A DNA stretch of 60,000 nucleotides, from assembly GCA_038087875.1 (NCBI GenBank), contig CM075988.1, positions 13,270,001-13,330,000 on the forward strand, given 5' to 3'. Shown here one piece after another: positions 1 to 12,166 of the stretch; within the stretch, counting starts at the first letter, position 1; each line of letters begins with the position of its first letter. Source of the DNA: Malacoraja senta (lineage: Eukaryota). The translations under genes and the position numbers were made by a program. The notes under the pieces are model-generated. The model searched no databases, was not told where the DNA came from, and saw only the letters and a program-made list of their open reading frames with translations.

Positions 1-512
1 CTGCTTCTCGTTTCATTGATGCTGCCTGACCAGCATTTTCTCTCTTTATTTCTCAATCTGTAGTTTTTTAATCTTCATTTTCATCCTGCCAGCAATCACT
101 ACATCCCTTCATTTCGACAAGAGTTTCTTTGGGTGATTTATCAATCCTGTTTGTAAAGTTGCAGGCCTTCAAAGCACATGACAAAAAATTTTGGTGGTTT
201 CATTGTCTCCAGTCAAACATTCTACCACAGTAATTTGGGAGGTCTTCCAAAGTCCAGGCTAATACCTCTCCCTCGATAAGAAAAGCTAGCATCTAGTCAT
301 AAATTTCATTGAGCCATTTGGATTGGAATCATTGCTGTTTTACTAAATTACTCTTTAGTTCATCTTTGTGGGGGGAAATGCACTGGGATAAGTTTTGATC
401 TGCTATTCATAAATTCATAGATTCTAGGAGCAGAATTAGGCCATTCAGCCCACCAAGACTACACCACCATTCAATCATAGCTGATCTAACGTTCCCTCTC
501 AACCCCATTTTC

Positions 513-566
513 GAGGTGGAAGATTGCAACCTTCATGTGGTCCGCCCTGTTTCGCCGAATGCAATC
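513..566 (+). ncRNA. Minimal HDV-like self-cleaving ribozyme (predicted)
   Basis: P1 513-519/542-548 (G1.U wobble, one A-C mismatch); P2 GATTGCA 522-528/TGCAATC 560-566; P3 ACC 529-531/GGT 539-541; L3 TTCATGT; P1.1 C534-G549; J4/2 CGAA 556-559. Confidence 0.75.
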
Positions 567-647
567 AACCCGGCGTGCACAATCAAAGATCAAATAGAAC
601 AAGTTGTCCCACAACTTTAGGCTGTGCACGCCATACGCAAGAAGAAT
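513..647 (+). mobile_element. 135-bp non-autonomous retroposon (Vingi/Ingi-like tail) with ribozyme head
   Basis: Perfect 12-bp TSD AACCCCATTTTC (501-512, 648-659); 3' end GCCATACGCAAGAAGAA; no tRNA A/B boxes. Vingi assignment is recalled from tail similarity only. Confidence 0.8.
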
Positions 648-739
648 AACCCCATTTTCCTGCCTTCTCCCCCTATCACCCTTACTAGTCAAGAATCTGC
701 CTTTAAAATATCCATTGATTTGGCCTCTACAGCCATCTG

Positions 740-810
740 TGGCTGTTTTTGGCTGGTGGCTGGTTTTGGATGACTGGTCTTGGGTGGCTGCGTGGTTGGC
801 TGGCTGGCAG
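740..810. repeat. Degenerate (TGGC/TGGT)n low-complexity tract
   Basis: GGCTGGTGGCTGGTTTTGG...GGTTGGCTGGCTGGC. Confidence 0.6.
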
Positions 811-1927
811 AGAGCCCTGGGCAGTAAGACTCCCAATCGGTTTGAGTTGCTGTGTCAGCAAGTGGAAAGTGAGCGTTTTGCACTGCCATTGTTTGTGTTT
901 AATAACTTGACGTACACATCTCCATTGCAGGAATCTCCATTCCTTGATCTCTACTGGATGAAAGTCCTGAACCTCCTGACATAACACCTTCCACCTGGAC
1001 AGCAGCAGTTTCAGAAAGTTCTTCTCTGTCACATTCTCAAATTACTAGGTGATTTGGAATAAATATTAACTGTGACAGAAATATCTGCATGGATAAACAT
1101 AAAATAAAACATTAATTTTGGGGGTTTCTACAAATCAGAGCAGCTCTGTCCTTGTATGGAATATTCCTACAAAATATTCAGCAGAGTTTTATGTTCAGTG
1201 CCTGCTAGACAATCTGATGATATTCCAGTCTGGCAAGCCATTCTGTATCTACGAGTGTTAGTAAGGATTCCGCTTGTTGAAGCAGCTGTAGATAATCGGT
1301 TATCTTCCAGAGAGTTGGTGAATAAAAGGATCAACAACACGGATTGTTAATCCAGTGTCCTTCACATATAAAAATCTTGATCATTTACTCCAGGGTAAGT
1401 TAAATGCTGTTGGACTTCAATAGTTCAAATCGAACCATCATGTCAATCTTTATCAAGACCACTAGCTGTTAGATTTAGATGAATGCAATCTACCAAAACA
1501 TCAGTAAGAAATCCTTCATAAGCTTTCCCAGAATCTACAAAGCAATGTTTGAATTTATGCAATTTTAAGTATCGTTCTCCTGATACTATGGCCTTCATTG
1601 TATGTGCTACTCACATCAGATCTTTGCTGTGTAGACATTTAGATGGTGGTGTTCCCAGACTCCCAATGCACTGGGATGGGTGGCTTAGCTCCACCTTTCC
1701 CTTTGCCTCCAGCTCTTCCATCACTTCAGATGTTGCCTTATCAACTGTAGAGATAAGAATAAATCAAATAGGATTGTAATTTTATTCTTATGCTTCCAAA
1801 TTCAATGAATGATGCATTCAGCGTCCATGATGGGCTGAGCTCCATCAGGTTCTCAGTTCAATTGACTGCATTCACCTCTTTAGCCAGTAATATCTAGGCA
1901 TAGGTAATTATAACATAACAGAGGAAA

Positions 1928-2100
1928 AAGAAACAAAGTGCTGGAGGAACTCAACGGGTCAGGCAGCCTCAGTGGAGGGAAATTAAGTTTCAGGTCCGGA
2001 CCCTTCTTCAGACTTGAAAGGTGGCATTTCGCATTGGGTCCTTCTTCAGATTCTAGCAGTTTATGCTTTTTTGCTCAAGATTCCTGCATCTGCCGTCTCA
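1928..2100 (-). mobile_element. Penelope-like terminal repeat fragments (old)
   Basis: AAAGTGCTGGAGGAACTCAACGGGTCAGGCAGC...GACCCTTCTTCAGACT, a second CCTTCTTCAGA, then an inverted GCATCTGC tail. Confidence 0.7.
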
Positions 2101-2909
2101 TGAGTCTTCATAACATAATGAACTTGAGTTCCCCGGTTTAAGAAGGGATTCTTCTTACGCGTCCGTGCTCCTTACCCTACGATCCCTACTTGAATGTGAT
2201 AGACTGTAAGGACCACAGTCTAGACTACTGGACACAGGACATTAAGGGGATGGGCACTGTGTGAGCCTCTCAAACACTTCATCGGTGAATTGTTCATTGT
2301 AACAGAAGGTGTTCAATTGATCCATAAAGAGCAAGATGTGTACCACTTTAATTATATTCTGAACAAAGTTTATTTTTGAAATACATTTTAATAAATGATT
2401 TTTATTTTTCCTGACAGTACTATAATCTTTGCCCAAGTGGATCTTGGTGTGGGGTGTGATTGGAATAGCAGTGTCGATGGACATGGAAGTGTATTATGGA
2501 ACTTTGCATTTCCACCATGGGAATGTCTGCGATGATTGCAATACTTTGAGTGGGTTCTCCACAAGGCCGCCAACTCCATTTCACTCAAATTGCAAACTCA
2601 AATGCAAATGCATATAAATGAAATGTGATGAATACTCTAAATAAATATTGATTCCATCCCAAATGCAAAGCAATAAATGATTCATTGACTTATCAGAAAA
2701 TCAGAAAAACACCTTTGTACCATTATGTTGGGAAAAGACACCGTACATCATTAAAACATAGATAACAGTTGAAAAACAGATCGCTAAAGAGTAGACCAGG
2801 TTTCCCAACCAGGAGATATAGGTGAGACACAACAACTTAGTTTTCAAAACTTAAAGAGAGTGGAAGGGTGCTTGATTTATGCACAATTACAAACACTACT
2901 GAACAGGAG

Positions 2910-3180
2910 GTAGAAACAAAGAACTGGAGATGCCCAAATAATTAAAGATAAACCTAAAATGCAGGAGTGACTCAGTGGGTCAGGCAGGATATCTAGGGAG
3001 GGGGGGGTGAAGAGCTGCTGCCAAGAAAAGACCAGGACTAGGGAAGGTGTGATCTCAAGCGAAACAAGGTGGAGATCTGTGGCACTGGAAAACGACTAGG
3101 GAGGAGGAAGGGAGCAAGGGGTTGGGGGGGGGGGGGGGGGTTATGAAATGAAGTTACTTAAAATAAGAGCATTTTAATGG
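2910..3180 (-). mobile_element. Penelope-like 3' fragment with poly-G tracts
   Basis: AGAAACAAAGAACTGGAGATGC...ACTCAGTGGGTCAGGCAG; purine-rich body; G run at 3124-3140. Confidence 0.6.
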
Positions 3181-3934
3181 TCACTGATGAATGTCTGGTG
3201 TTTTTGTACAATTCTGGTTTTGTGTATATATTCGTTATTCTGAATAAAGTTTATTTTATTAAATAAAAAAGGCACATTTAAAGATATGGGCGAACACTAC
3301 TGAATATGACACTAATGAGTGGATCGACGCTGAGAATGCCTGAAGAGCTTTTCTGCACAGTTTTTGGTTTGCATATAATTTTTATTTTGAATGAAGTTTA
3401 TTTTTGAAAAAAAGGAAACATCCAATGAAACATGTTAATCAATATCTGTAATATTGTCTCACATAGTAAAATCCAGTAAAAAAATAATCTAATGACACAT
3501 GTTAGAGTAAATTGAGTATTGTTATATTATTTTTGATGTTCCTTTTACATAAAATTGTAAATATCATCAAACCTAATGTTCACAAAATATTGCAGATTCT
3601 GGAAATTTGAGCAACAAAAACAGAATAAAAGCAATGTCCATGATTTCAACCAGTCCTTGTCCCATCTTGTCAACATTTCAAAATAAATATATGCATAAAT
3701 AAGTGGCCAAGCTTTGAGGGATTTTATTATCTTCCTCCTGAGCCACACCACCTAGATGCAAGATGAAGTACAAGATGCATACAATTTTAAAAGTTCCGAG
3801 GATATCAAGAATAAAAGTAACTCCTGTTTTAAAGATCTTCCACAGAATTTGATGATTCAGGAACCTCAGGAATCACCGTAAATTTTCTTTGCAAATATAT
3901 TAAATAAATTCAGAAACACAAAGATCAATCTATG

Positions 3935-4620
3935 TTGAGATGAACACAAAGACAACTGGACAGCTACATGCTGAGTAGGATGTGGGCCATATGTGGGCAG
4001 GTGGGGCCAATGTAGATGGGGCATGTTTATTAGCATAGGGAAGGTGGGCACAAGGGTCTGTTTCCATACTGTTTGACTCTATGGTGAGGAGATTTAATGA
4101 ATATTGTCGGCAGTTATGGGCCCCATAACTGAGGAAGGATGTGCTGGCTTTGGAGAGAGTGCAGAGGTTGTTTATGAGAATGATCCCGGGGATGATTGGG
4201 GTTAACATACGAGGACCGTTTGTGGGCCTGTACTCACTGAGATTTAGAAGAAAGAGGAGGGATCTTATGTTGTCTACCAGACAACAAAAGCCCGAGAAAG
4301 AATAGAGGTGGAAAGGATGTTGCTAATAATGGGAGAGTCCAGAACCAGAGGGCACAGCCTCAGAATAAAAGGACATTCCTATAGAATGAAGGAATTTCTT
4401 TAGCCTGAGGGTAGTGAATATGTGGAATTCATTGCCACTGATGGCGGTGGAGGCCAAGATGTTGGGTATTTTTAGCATGGAAATTAACACGTTCTTGATT
4501 TATACGGGTGCCAAAGGTTATGGGGAGAAGGCAGGAGAATGGGGCTGAGAGAGAAAAACAGGTCAGCCATGATTGAATGGCGAGGTAGATTTGATGGGCT
4601 GAATGGCCTAATTCCGCCTC
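3935..4620 (+). mobile_element. Two degraded CR1 3' fragments
   Basis: Tail ...GGGTCTGTTTCCATACTGT; RT C-terminal remnant GAGGAAGGATGTGCTGGCTTTGGAGAGAGTGCAGAGG and tail GATTGAATGGCG...GGCTGAATGGCCTAATTC. Confidence 0.8.
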
Positions 4621-5459
4621 TGCGTCTTTTGACAAAGAGAGCAGCACTGAGCAGTTATTCCTGTACTGTTTATGTCAAAAAGGACAATCACTCTCGATCC
4701 ACAACTGATCGCAATATCCAGCTTGATCACGTCATGGCAGGCATTGCAAGAACTGAGTTTTGTTTGTCCAATACAATTTCTATTTGCTCCATACAGTCAC
4801 TCCTATACTTACTGTTGTGGGCCCTTGTGGCAGCAAGTTTAAAAAAAGTCATAAGGAGTTAGATCAAGAAAAAAAAATATTAAAGCTTACCTGTTGAGCT
4901 GTTGAAAGCTGCTGTATTTCTTCTGAAGAAACCACAGGTCTTTGGACGTGAAAGAGAAAGATTTGTTCTGCAGTATTTCAACAATACACTGGCAGATAGG
5001 ACTTAGATCCTATCTTTTGTGCTATGACTAGGCCTCTGGAACCTCCTACTTTGTAATTTTCCTCTTTGTACATTTCCATTTTGTTTACAATTTGCTGGGG
5101 GGAAAAATTCTAACCAACTTCTCTTTAATTTTTATTGTTTGAAATTATTATTATTTTTTTTAATCAGAAGGAAGTACTTTTAAAGTATTCCATTTTGTTT
5201 TAGAATATGGAATGAGCTGTATAAATGGATGGTGGGAGTTTTGTTTTGTCAGTATTAGCTCACAGAAAATATGGGATTCACAGTCAAGAGCACAGTTTCC
5301 CCAATTTTCTATTTGACCCAGAGCAGTTTACCTAGGCTATTTCAGGAGGTGGTTAAGAGCTACCAACATTGATAGGTCTGGAGATAGCATGCAGGACAGA
5401 CTAGGCAAAGACTGCAGATTTCTTTCATAAGGGATGTTAATGAGGCAACTTGGTTTTAC

Positions 5460-5670
5460 AGAGTCATAGAGATATAAAGCATGCAGACAGGCCCTTCGGC
5501 CCAACTTGCCCACACCGACCAACATGCCCGACCTGCCTGAATTTGGCCCATATCCCTATAAACCTGTCCTAGCCCTGTACCTGTCTAATTATTTCTGAAA
5601 CTATGCAAGTTCCTGCCTCAACTACCTCCTCTGACAGTTCATTCCATACACCCATCACCTTTTGTGTGAA
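5460..5670 (-). mobile_element. CR1 3' end
   Basis: CAGGCCCTTCGGCCCAACTTGCCCACAC...CCTGCCTCAACTACCTCCTCTG; reverse complement of the 8690-8880 tail. Confidence 0.8.
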
Positions 5671-5929
5671 TTCAATTCAATATTCATATTCAATTCAATA
5701 ATTGAATTTTATTTTCTTCACTATTTTCCACTGTGGTGATGCTCCTTTTCCTTCTTTGATTTTTCACTGTTCCATTTTTTATTTTCCCCTTCCTGTCCTT
5801 AGTTTCTAGTTTAATCTTCCTATGTCTAGTTGCCATTTTAATATCTACCCAACCCAACATTTGTAACAAACACTCCCGCAGGACAATTATCTCCTGCTGA
5901 CAGAATCTGAAATTTTGTGTTTCTGTGCT

Positions 5930-6252
5930 TTGATTTGATTGAAAGATACAGCATGGAAACTGACCTTTTGGCCCACCAAGTCCATGTTGATCACCAACCA
6001 CCTGTTCACACTAGTTCTATACTATCATACTTTTGCATCTGCTCCTTCAACACAAGAGGCAATTTACACAGGGTAATTAACTTACAAACCAACATGTCTT
6101 TGGGACGTGGGAGGAAACCAAAACACACAGAGGAAACCTGCGCAGTCACAGGATGATCATGCAAACTTCACACAGACAACACCCAAGATCAGGGTTGAAC
6201 TCAGATCTCTGGTGCTGTGAGGCAGCAACTCTACCAATTGTGTCACTGCACC
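5930..6252 (-). mobile_element. tRNA-derived SINE (HE1/V-SINE type), older copy
   Basis: GTGGGAGGAAACC...GCAAACTTCACACAGACA...AGGCAGCAACTCTACC matches the other SINE copies in the window. Confidence 0.8.
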
Positions 6253-6714
6253 AACTAGAAAACTTTGTGGATCTCTGTTCCTGCATTGCAATCAAACCAT
6301 CAAAAGATTCAGCACTGACATACATGCCAGGCAATAATGCCACACCACTGAACCAATACTCAGCATTTGAAGAGTCTGCATAGACTCCTAAAGATCCTAC
6401 ACACTGAAGCCCACAGACTTACCAAAGTTCACACTTTGAAGACCACTACACTGCAAGGACCACTGTTTACAATAAAAGCTTGGTACCCTATTCACAGGAA
6501 TCAATGTCCCTTTGGAATACACAGTCTGGTGGGTTTTGCAGATAGAAAAACAAAAAATTAATGACAATTAAATTATGGGTGAGGGAAGACATGCATGCAA
6601 AACATGCATTTCTGCTGACACAGGGAAAGACTTGCTTGTGCAATTTGGGCTTGGAGAGATAAGATAGAAGGCAGTAGTTTATAGTTAACTGGTGTGTAGA
6701 CAGAAACAATAATA

Positions 6715-6940
6715 AACAGCAGAAGAGGGAGGGATAATGGGGAGAAAGGAACTGGGAGGGAGGTGGTTGGAACTAGGTTGGGCTTATCTGAAATTGGATT
6801 AATCAATCTTCATGCCCTGGGGTTGTAGGCTGTCCAAGTAGAATATGAGGTGCTGTTCCTCCTGTTTGCACCTGACCACACTCTAGTAATGGAGGAGGCA
6901 GAAAACAGAAAGGTTGGTAGAGGAATGGAAAGGGAAGTAA
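6715..6940 (-). pseudogene. Penelope-like element, GIY-YIG C-terminal remnant
   Basis: Reverse strand reads approximately EEQHLIFYLDSLQPQGMKID*SNFR; same segment recurs at about 21590-21660 and 27110-27185. Confidence 0.65.
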
Positions 6941-8174
6941 ACAAAAAAGCCAGCTGGGTTCCTCCAGCACGTTTTGTTGCTCAACATAAGGACATAGCTG
7001 AGATAGCTTCACGTCACACCATGAACGAGCTGGAGAACAGAACAAGTACATGGATTGCTTTGAGACAGCTCATGAAAGGAGCAGTCCCGGATAATTACAA
7101 AAACACAAACAGGCACTCTGATAATTAAGGAACCAATGGTTGGGGTAATGGTGAAATGTTGCCAGCAGAAATTAGTGTTAAAGAGGCACATATTCCTATG
7201 GACAATGACTGGACTTAAAGCTGTGTAATTGGCAATAAAGATCCTGGAGACCAACCACTCTCAAAGAACACCCTGAATCAGGAGCTCAGAGAAGAATTCA
7301 CCTGTTCAAAGCATCACTATATCAAAAACATATAATATCTAGATACTAGTACTGTAAAGAATTTAGATAATTGTAAAATTAAATTAAAGAGTGGTTGAAT
7401 TCAGAAGTCATTAAACTAAATAGTTAAGTGATTGTTGGAATTGCAAGAGAACTTTGGGATTGTTTGGACTAATTATTATTTTACTTGGCAACTGCTGCAT
7501 TTAATTGACAACATTTGAGTGGATTTTGATGAGGTGACTTTATCCCGTGCTGTCATTATCTAAGTTTGTACTAAAGGCAGGAACCGATCAGATCCTTCCC
7601 AGAGGCAGTGCTGCATACTCCATACTCTCATAGTTATTCTGTTATTGCACTCATAGAGAGTCATATAATCATATATTTTTGCACCACTTCAGATTGCAGT
7701 ATAAACTTTATACCATTTTGCAGTTTTGCATTTTTCATTGAGCTTCCAGTGGATTTAAGAAGATGTAAAACTCATATTCCTTGCCTTGATTCAGCCTGCC
7801 TCTTCACCAAAGCCTGCACTTTGACCAACCTGCATCATTTCCACCTCAAAGACCCTCCAAAAATGACTGCTCCACTGAGCCTGACTCGCTTTAACTTGCT
7901 ACTAAGGCTGTCGAGCAATAAACCAGCAAACTCTTACCTGCAAACTAACTTTTAAACTGTTCTGACCCCACCATTTTGCTGCAGGCCTGAAAAAAGGCCA
8001 CACGTATAAGGCAATGATGGACCCAGGGGTTTGTGGTGGATAGTCCTTTATGAACTCTTCAATAAAAATTGCCCAAATGGGTAGAGGATCCAAGTAAAGG
8101 AGATTCATTGGTGTTGAGATCACAAGGAGATGTACTTTGGGAGCAGGCTCCAGCTAATTCAGACAAAAACTGTG

Positions 8175-8882
8175 CAAAACCTACACAATGAATGGTAGGG
8201 CTCTGGGGAGCGTTGTGAAGCAGATGGATCTAGGTGTAGGTACATAGTTCCTTGAAGGTGGCATCACAGGTAGATAGGGTGGTCAAAAAGGCTTTTGGCT
8301 CATTGGCTTTCATCATTCAGAGTATTGATTATAGAAGTTGGGAGGTCATGTTGCAGTTATACAAGACATTGCTAAGGCTATATTTAGAGTATTATGTTCT
8401 AAGCATGATGTTATAGGAAAGATAATGTAAAGTTGGAAAGGGTGCAGAGAAGATTTACGAGAATATTGCCAGGACTCGAGGGTTTAAGCAATAGGGAGAG
8501 GTTAAGTAGGCTGGGACTTTATTCCTTCAAGCACAGGAGGATGAGGGATGATCTTATAGAGGTGTATAAAATCATGAGAGAAATAGATTGGGTAGACACA
8601 CAGTCTCTTGCCCGGAGTAGGAGAATCGCAAACTAGAGGACGTATGTTTGAGGAGGTGGGAAAGATTTAACAGGAATCTGAGGGGTAACTTTTTCACACA
8701 AAGGGTGGTGGATGTATGGAACAAGCTGCTGGAGAAGGTAGTTGAGGCTGGGACGATCGCAATATTTAAGAAACAAATAGACAGGTACATGGATAGGACA
8801 GGTTTAGAGTGATATGCAGGCAGGTGGGAGAAGTTGGTCAGTGTGGGCAAGTTGGGCGGAAGTGCCTGTTTCCACACTATGA
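8175..8882 (+). mobile_element. Degraded CR1 LINE, RT C-terminus and 3' tail
   Basis: ORF 8433-8636 ERVQRRFTRILPGLEGLSNRERLSRLGLYS is homologous to the 29625-31055 C-terminus; stops and frameshifts present. Confidence 0.9.
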
Positions 8883-9519
8883 CTTTTATAAAAGAGTTAC
8901 AGGAATTAGGAGCTACAAAGAAAGAGTTTAAGGAACTGAAATTGTCGCTGGGAGAATGTATAAATATAAATATATAAATATAAAATATAACTCTTGGCAA
9001 GAGCAGAAGGAAAGTATGGGGAAGATGAATGTATTGCATCATTGTTTCAGGCTTGGGTTGAGAGAGAGTTTTGATAAAAACAACCATTGGTGACAAGATA
9101 AGGATTCAATGAGGATTTTTTTTTTTTAAACTAGAGATGACATGTAATGACTTGTGCATGGAAGTACAAGTACTCCAGTAGAATAATCAGGCTGAAACAG
9201 AGGGGGAGGATGACCATTCTAAATGGCATCAGGAAACTGAAACACTGAAACAGTAAATTTGACATTTATAGGGGATTTATCTGTGCCCATATAACAAAAG
9301 GAAGAGTATGGGGAGGAAATAGATTGAGCTTTGCTAAATGAAACTGTTAGTGGGTTTACTCAGGATGGGGATTATGAAGGTCTGGATGAACCCCGGCAAG
9401 AGCAGCAGTATCAGAGACCCATTACGACAGCACCCATATTGCTGTATCTAAACCAACCCCAATAGACCCAGCAGTTCATTTCTAAAGTCTAAAAGTCTGA
9501 AGTTCACATAACCCAGCCC

Positions 9520-9800
9520 AATGCCATGGTGGGCATAGATTTAAAGTAAGCAGATTAATGAGGGACCTCAGGGTAATTTTCTTACTTGGAGGGTAGTCCG
9601 TATCTGGAATTAGTTGCTAGAGGAAGCTGTAGAACAGATACAATTATGACTTTGAAAAGACATTTGGACAGATATGGATAAGAAGGGTTTAGGGCAGGAT
9701 GGACCAAATGCAGACACATGGAACTAGCCCAATATGCCTTCCTGGTCGGCATAGACAAGGTGGGCTGAAGGGTCTGATTCGGAGTTGCATAGCTCTATGT
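9520..9800 (+). mobile_element. Old CR1 3' fragment
   Basis: GGGCATAGATTTAAAGT...GACATTTGGACAGATATGGATA...GGTGGGCTGAAGGGTCTG. Confidence 0.7.
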
Positions 9801-9897
9801 TGACGAAAGATAACCTTATCCTTGTAAATTAATCCGTTGGTGAAAACTAGGAAACCTCCTGATCATTGAGAATGAGCAGTACATTAAGTCCTAGAAG

Positions 9898-10110
9898 TAG
9901 AAGCAAAGAATTGAAGATGCTGGTTAATACACTAAAGGACACAAAGTGCTGGAGTAACTCAACGGGTCAGGCAGCATCTCCGGAGGACATGGGCAGGTGA
10001 GATTTCGGGGTCCAGACCCTTCTTCAGACTGATTACAAGGGGGGGGGGGAGATGGGTAGAGGCAGGACAAAGCATGGCAGGTGTACCATAGGGGAGAGGG
10101 TTTGGTAAGC
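9898..10110 (-). mobile_element. Penelope-like terminal repeat
   Basis: GATGCTGG...GGACACAAAGTGCTGGAGTAACTCAACGGGTCAGGCAGCATCTC...GACCCTTCTTCAGACTGATT. Confidence 0.8.
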
Positions 10111-10564
10111 CCCCATTTTCTTATACAAAGCTAGTAGAGGTAACGGGAAATTCTGATATTGTCAAGCTGTGTGGGTTAAATTGCAAGCTCTATAGGTTAA
10201 ATTATTTTGCGGAAGTAAAATTGCTAATGATTTAATACCGATGTGCCTTAAACTTTACCTCACCCTCAAAATGTGGCTGGAGGTTCCTTACACAACAGGA
10301 AATGTTCCTTGCACAACATGATAAAAGTTTAGTATATGTGGGATTTAAAAGGGGTAGGGGAGGAGTAGGGTGAACAATGATAAGAGGAATACCCCACAGT
10401 ATTTGCAAACTGCTTATGGTTCATGCCCAATAGATAAAACCTTTCTAAGGTAAAGAGACCGTGCTGGATCTGTATTTTAGTCGCACGTGTAACTGAAGTC
10501 CACGGTAATTCTGACCATACGAGAGCCACTATAGCTGCACAACGGAAACAACACACAATTACCC

Positions 10565-10832
10565 ATGGTGGCGTAGTGATAGAACAACTGCCTTACAATG
10601 CCAGAGACCTGGTTCGATCCTGACTACGGGCACTTGTCTGTATGGAGTTTGTACGTTCTCCCGTGACCTGTGTGGGTTTTCTCTGAGATATTCGGTTTCT
10701 TCCCACACTCCAAAGAGTTAATTGGCTTGGGATAAATGTAAATTGTCCCTAGTGTATGCAGGATAGTGTTAGTGTGCAGGATCGCTGGTCAGTGTTGGCT
10801 CGATGGGCCAGTTTCCACGCTGTATATCTAAT
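10565..10832 (+). mobile_element. HE1/V-type tRNA SINE
   Basis: A-box TGGCGTAGTGA, B-box GGTTCGATCC (10611-10620), central domain, CR1-like tail. Confidence 0.9.
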
Positions 10833-12166
10833 ATTTTAAAAAATCAATGTCTTACATAGCGGTTACATGACAATACCTGTCCTCAGTGCCCTGACTGCAT
10901 TATGGATTGATTATCTTGGACCCACACCTTGCAAAGAGTGGTACAAATAGTTGTGGATACCTTCCCTAAATGTGCTGAAACGTTCCCCACAAGAATTAAC
11001 ACAGCTAAAGTTACAGCATTCAAGAGTTCAAGAGAGAGTTCAAGTGACATTTATTATGACATGCACCAATTGGTACAGTGAGATTTGAATTACCATACAG
11101 CCATACGAATTATGGTCATCCAGATTTTCACCCAATGCTCATGATTCTGAACAGGGCACCCTTCTTACAGTCACGGTTATGCAACTCTCTATGACATTGT
11201 TCGTAATCAAGCAGTAATTTCACGATACTTATCATCCCCAGTATAACATTATTACTGAACACATGAACAATACTAAAATAATTAATGTGAAATGCAGTTT
11301 GACAGCATAATTCCAGCTAGAAAGCAGGATTCCCCTTCATTTAACGATGGTACCCAATACTGTCTCCAATTCCATGGGAATATATCCAACACTAGTTCAC
11401 CAATTCAACACTGGTTTGCCAAATGCCATCAGGTTCTGGGAGGATACTGCAGTCTAGAAGGAGAGTTGCTGGGATCACGGAACAGTGCAGTGAAGGGAAG
11501 GAACGTCACGTAATCGACATATGGATGGTATCAACGTGAATTACACACCTGAGAGCTACAAATTCCACCATCAACCATCCATAGAATAGAATAAGACAAT
11601 GTGTCACTGGAGGAACTGATGGTTTGTGAAAAGGACAGTTTGATAAATTGCAAAAGCACTAAGACACTCTGATAAATAAGGAATTACTGGCTGAGATAGT
11701 TGTGGAATAACGTCGACAGAAATTTGAAGAACTAAAGAAACACAAGTTCATATAGATAAGGACTGGTCTTGTCATTGTATGACTGGCAATGAAGCGCTAA
11801 GCAATGTCTGTTAGGTGTGCAAAGAAATATATAAAAAGATGACTTACGAGATTACTGGCAGTAGTGAATGCGGAGATCATCCACTGAAGAGACAGTGAGG
11901 CCGAGATTCAGAAGGAGCCGCCGCAGTGGAATCTGTCCAGGCTCATATAGACTGGGTAGTACAGGGAGTGAGTTTGGAAATTGTGAAACTAAAGAATTAC
12001 GTAAGTGACATCTTGGCAAACTAAGAGATGAATGGGGACATAAATGACTGCAGATACTGGAATCTGGAGCAAAAAACAAACTGCGAGAGGAACTCAACGG
12101 TTCAGGCATCATCTGTGGAGAGTAGTTGCTGACATTCTCCAGCTGGTAATTCGGTTACCAGCCCCT

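Larger units (their letters stand above)
415..735 (-). mobile_element. Old CR1 (HER1-like) LINE 3' end, interrupted by the 513-647 insertion
   Basis: GGAGCAGAATTAGGCCATTCAGCCC...ATTCAATCATAGCTGATCT...AACCCCATTTTC | CTGCCTTCTCCCC; same tail as 24585-24900 and 53570-53690. Confidence 0.8.

Noticed and set aside
4891..4939. Integrin-alpha-like CGFFRR peptide in one frame of the candidate exon
   Set aside because: No acceptor AG directly before the Cys codon, no transmembrane exon found, downstream residues not integrin-like; likely chance
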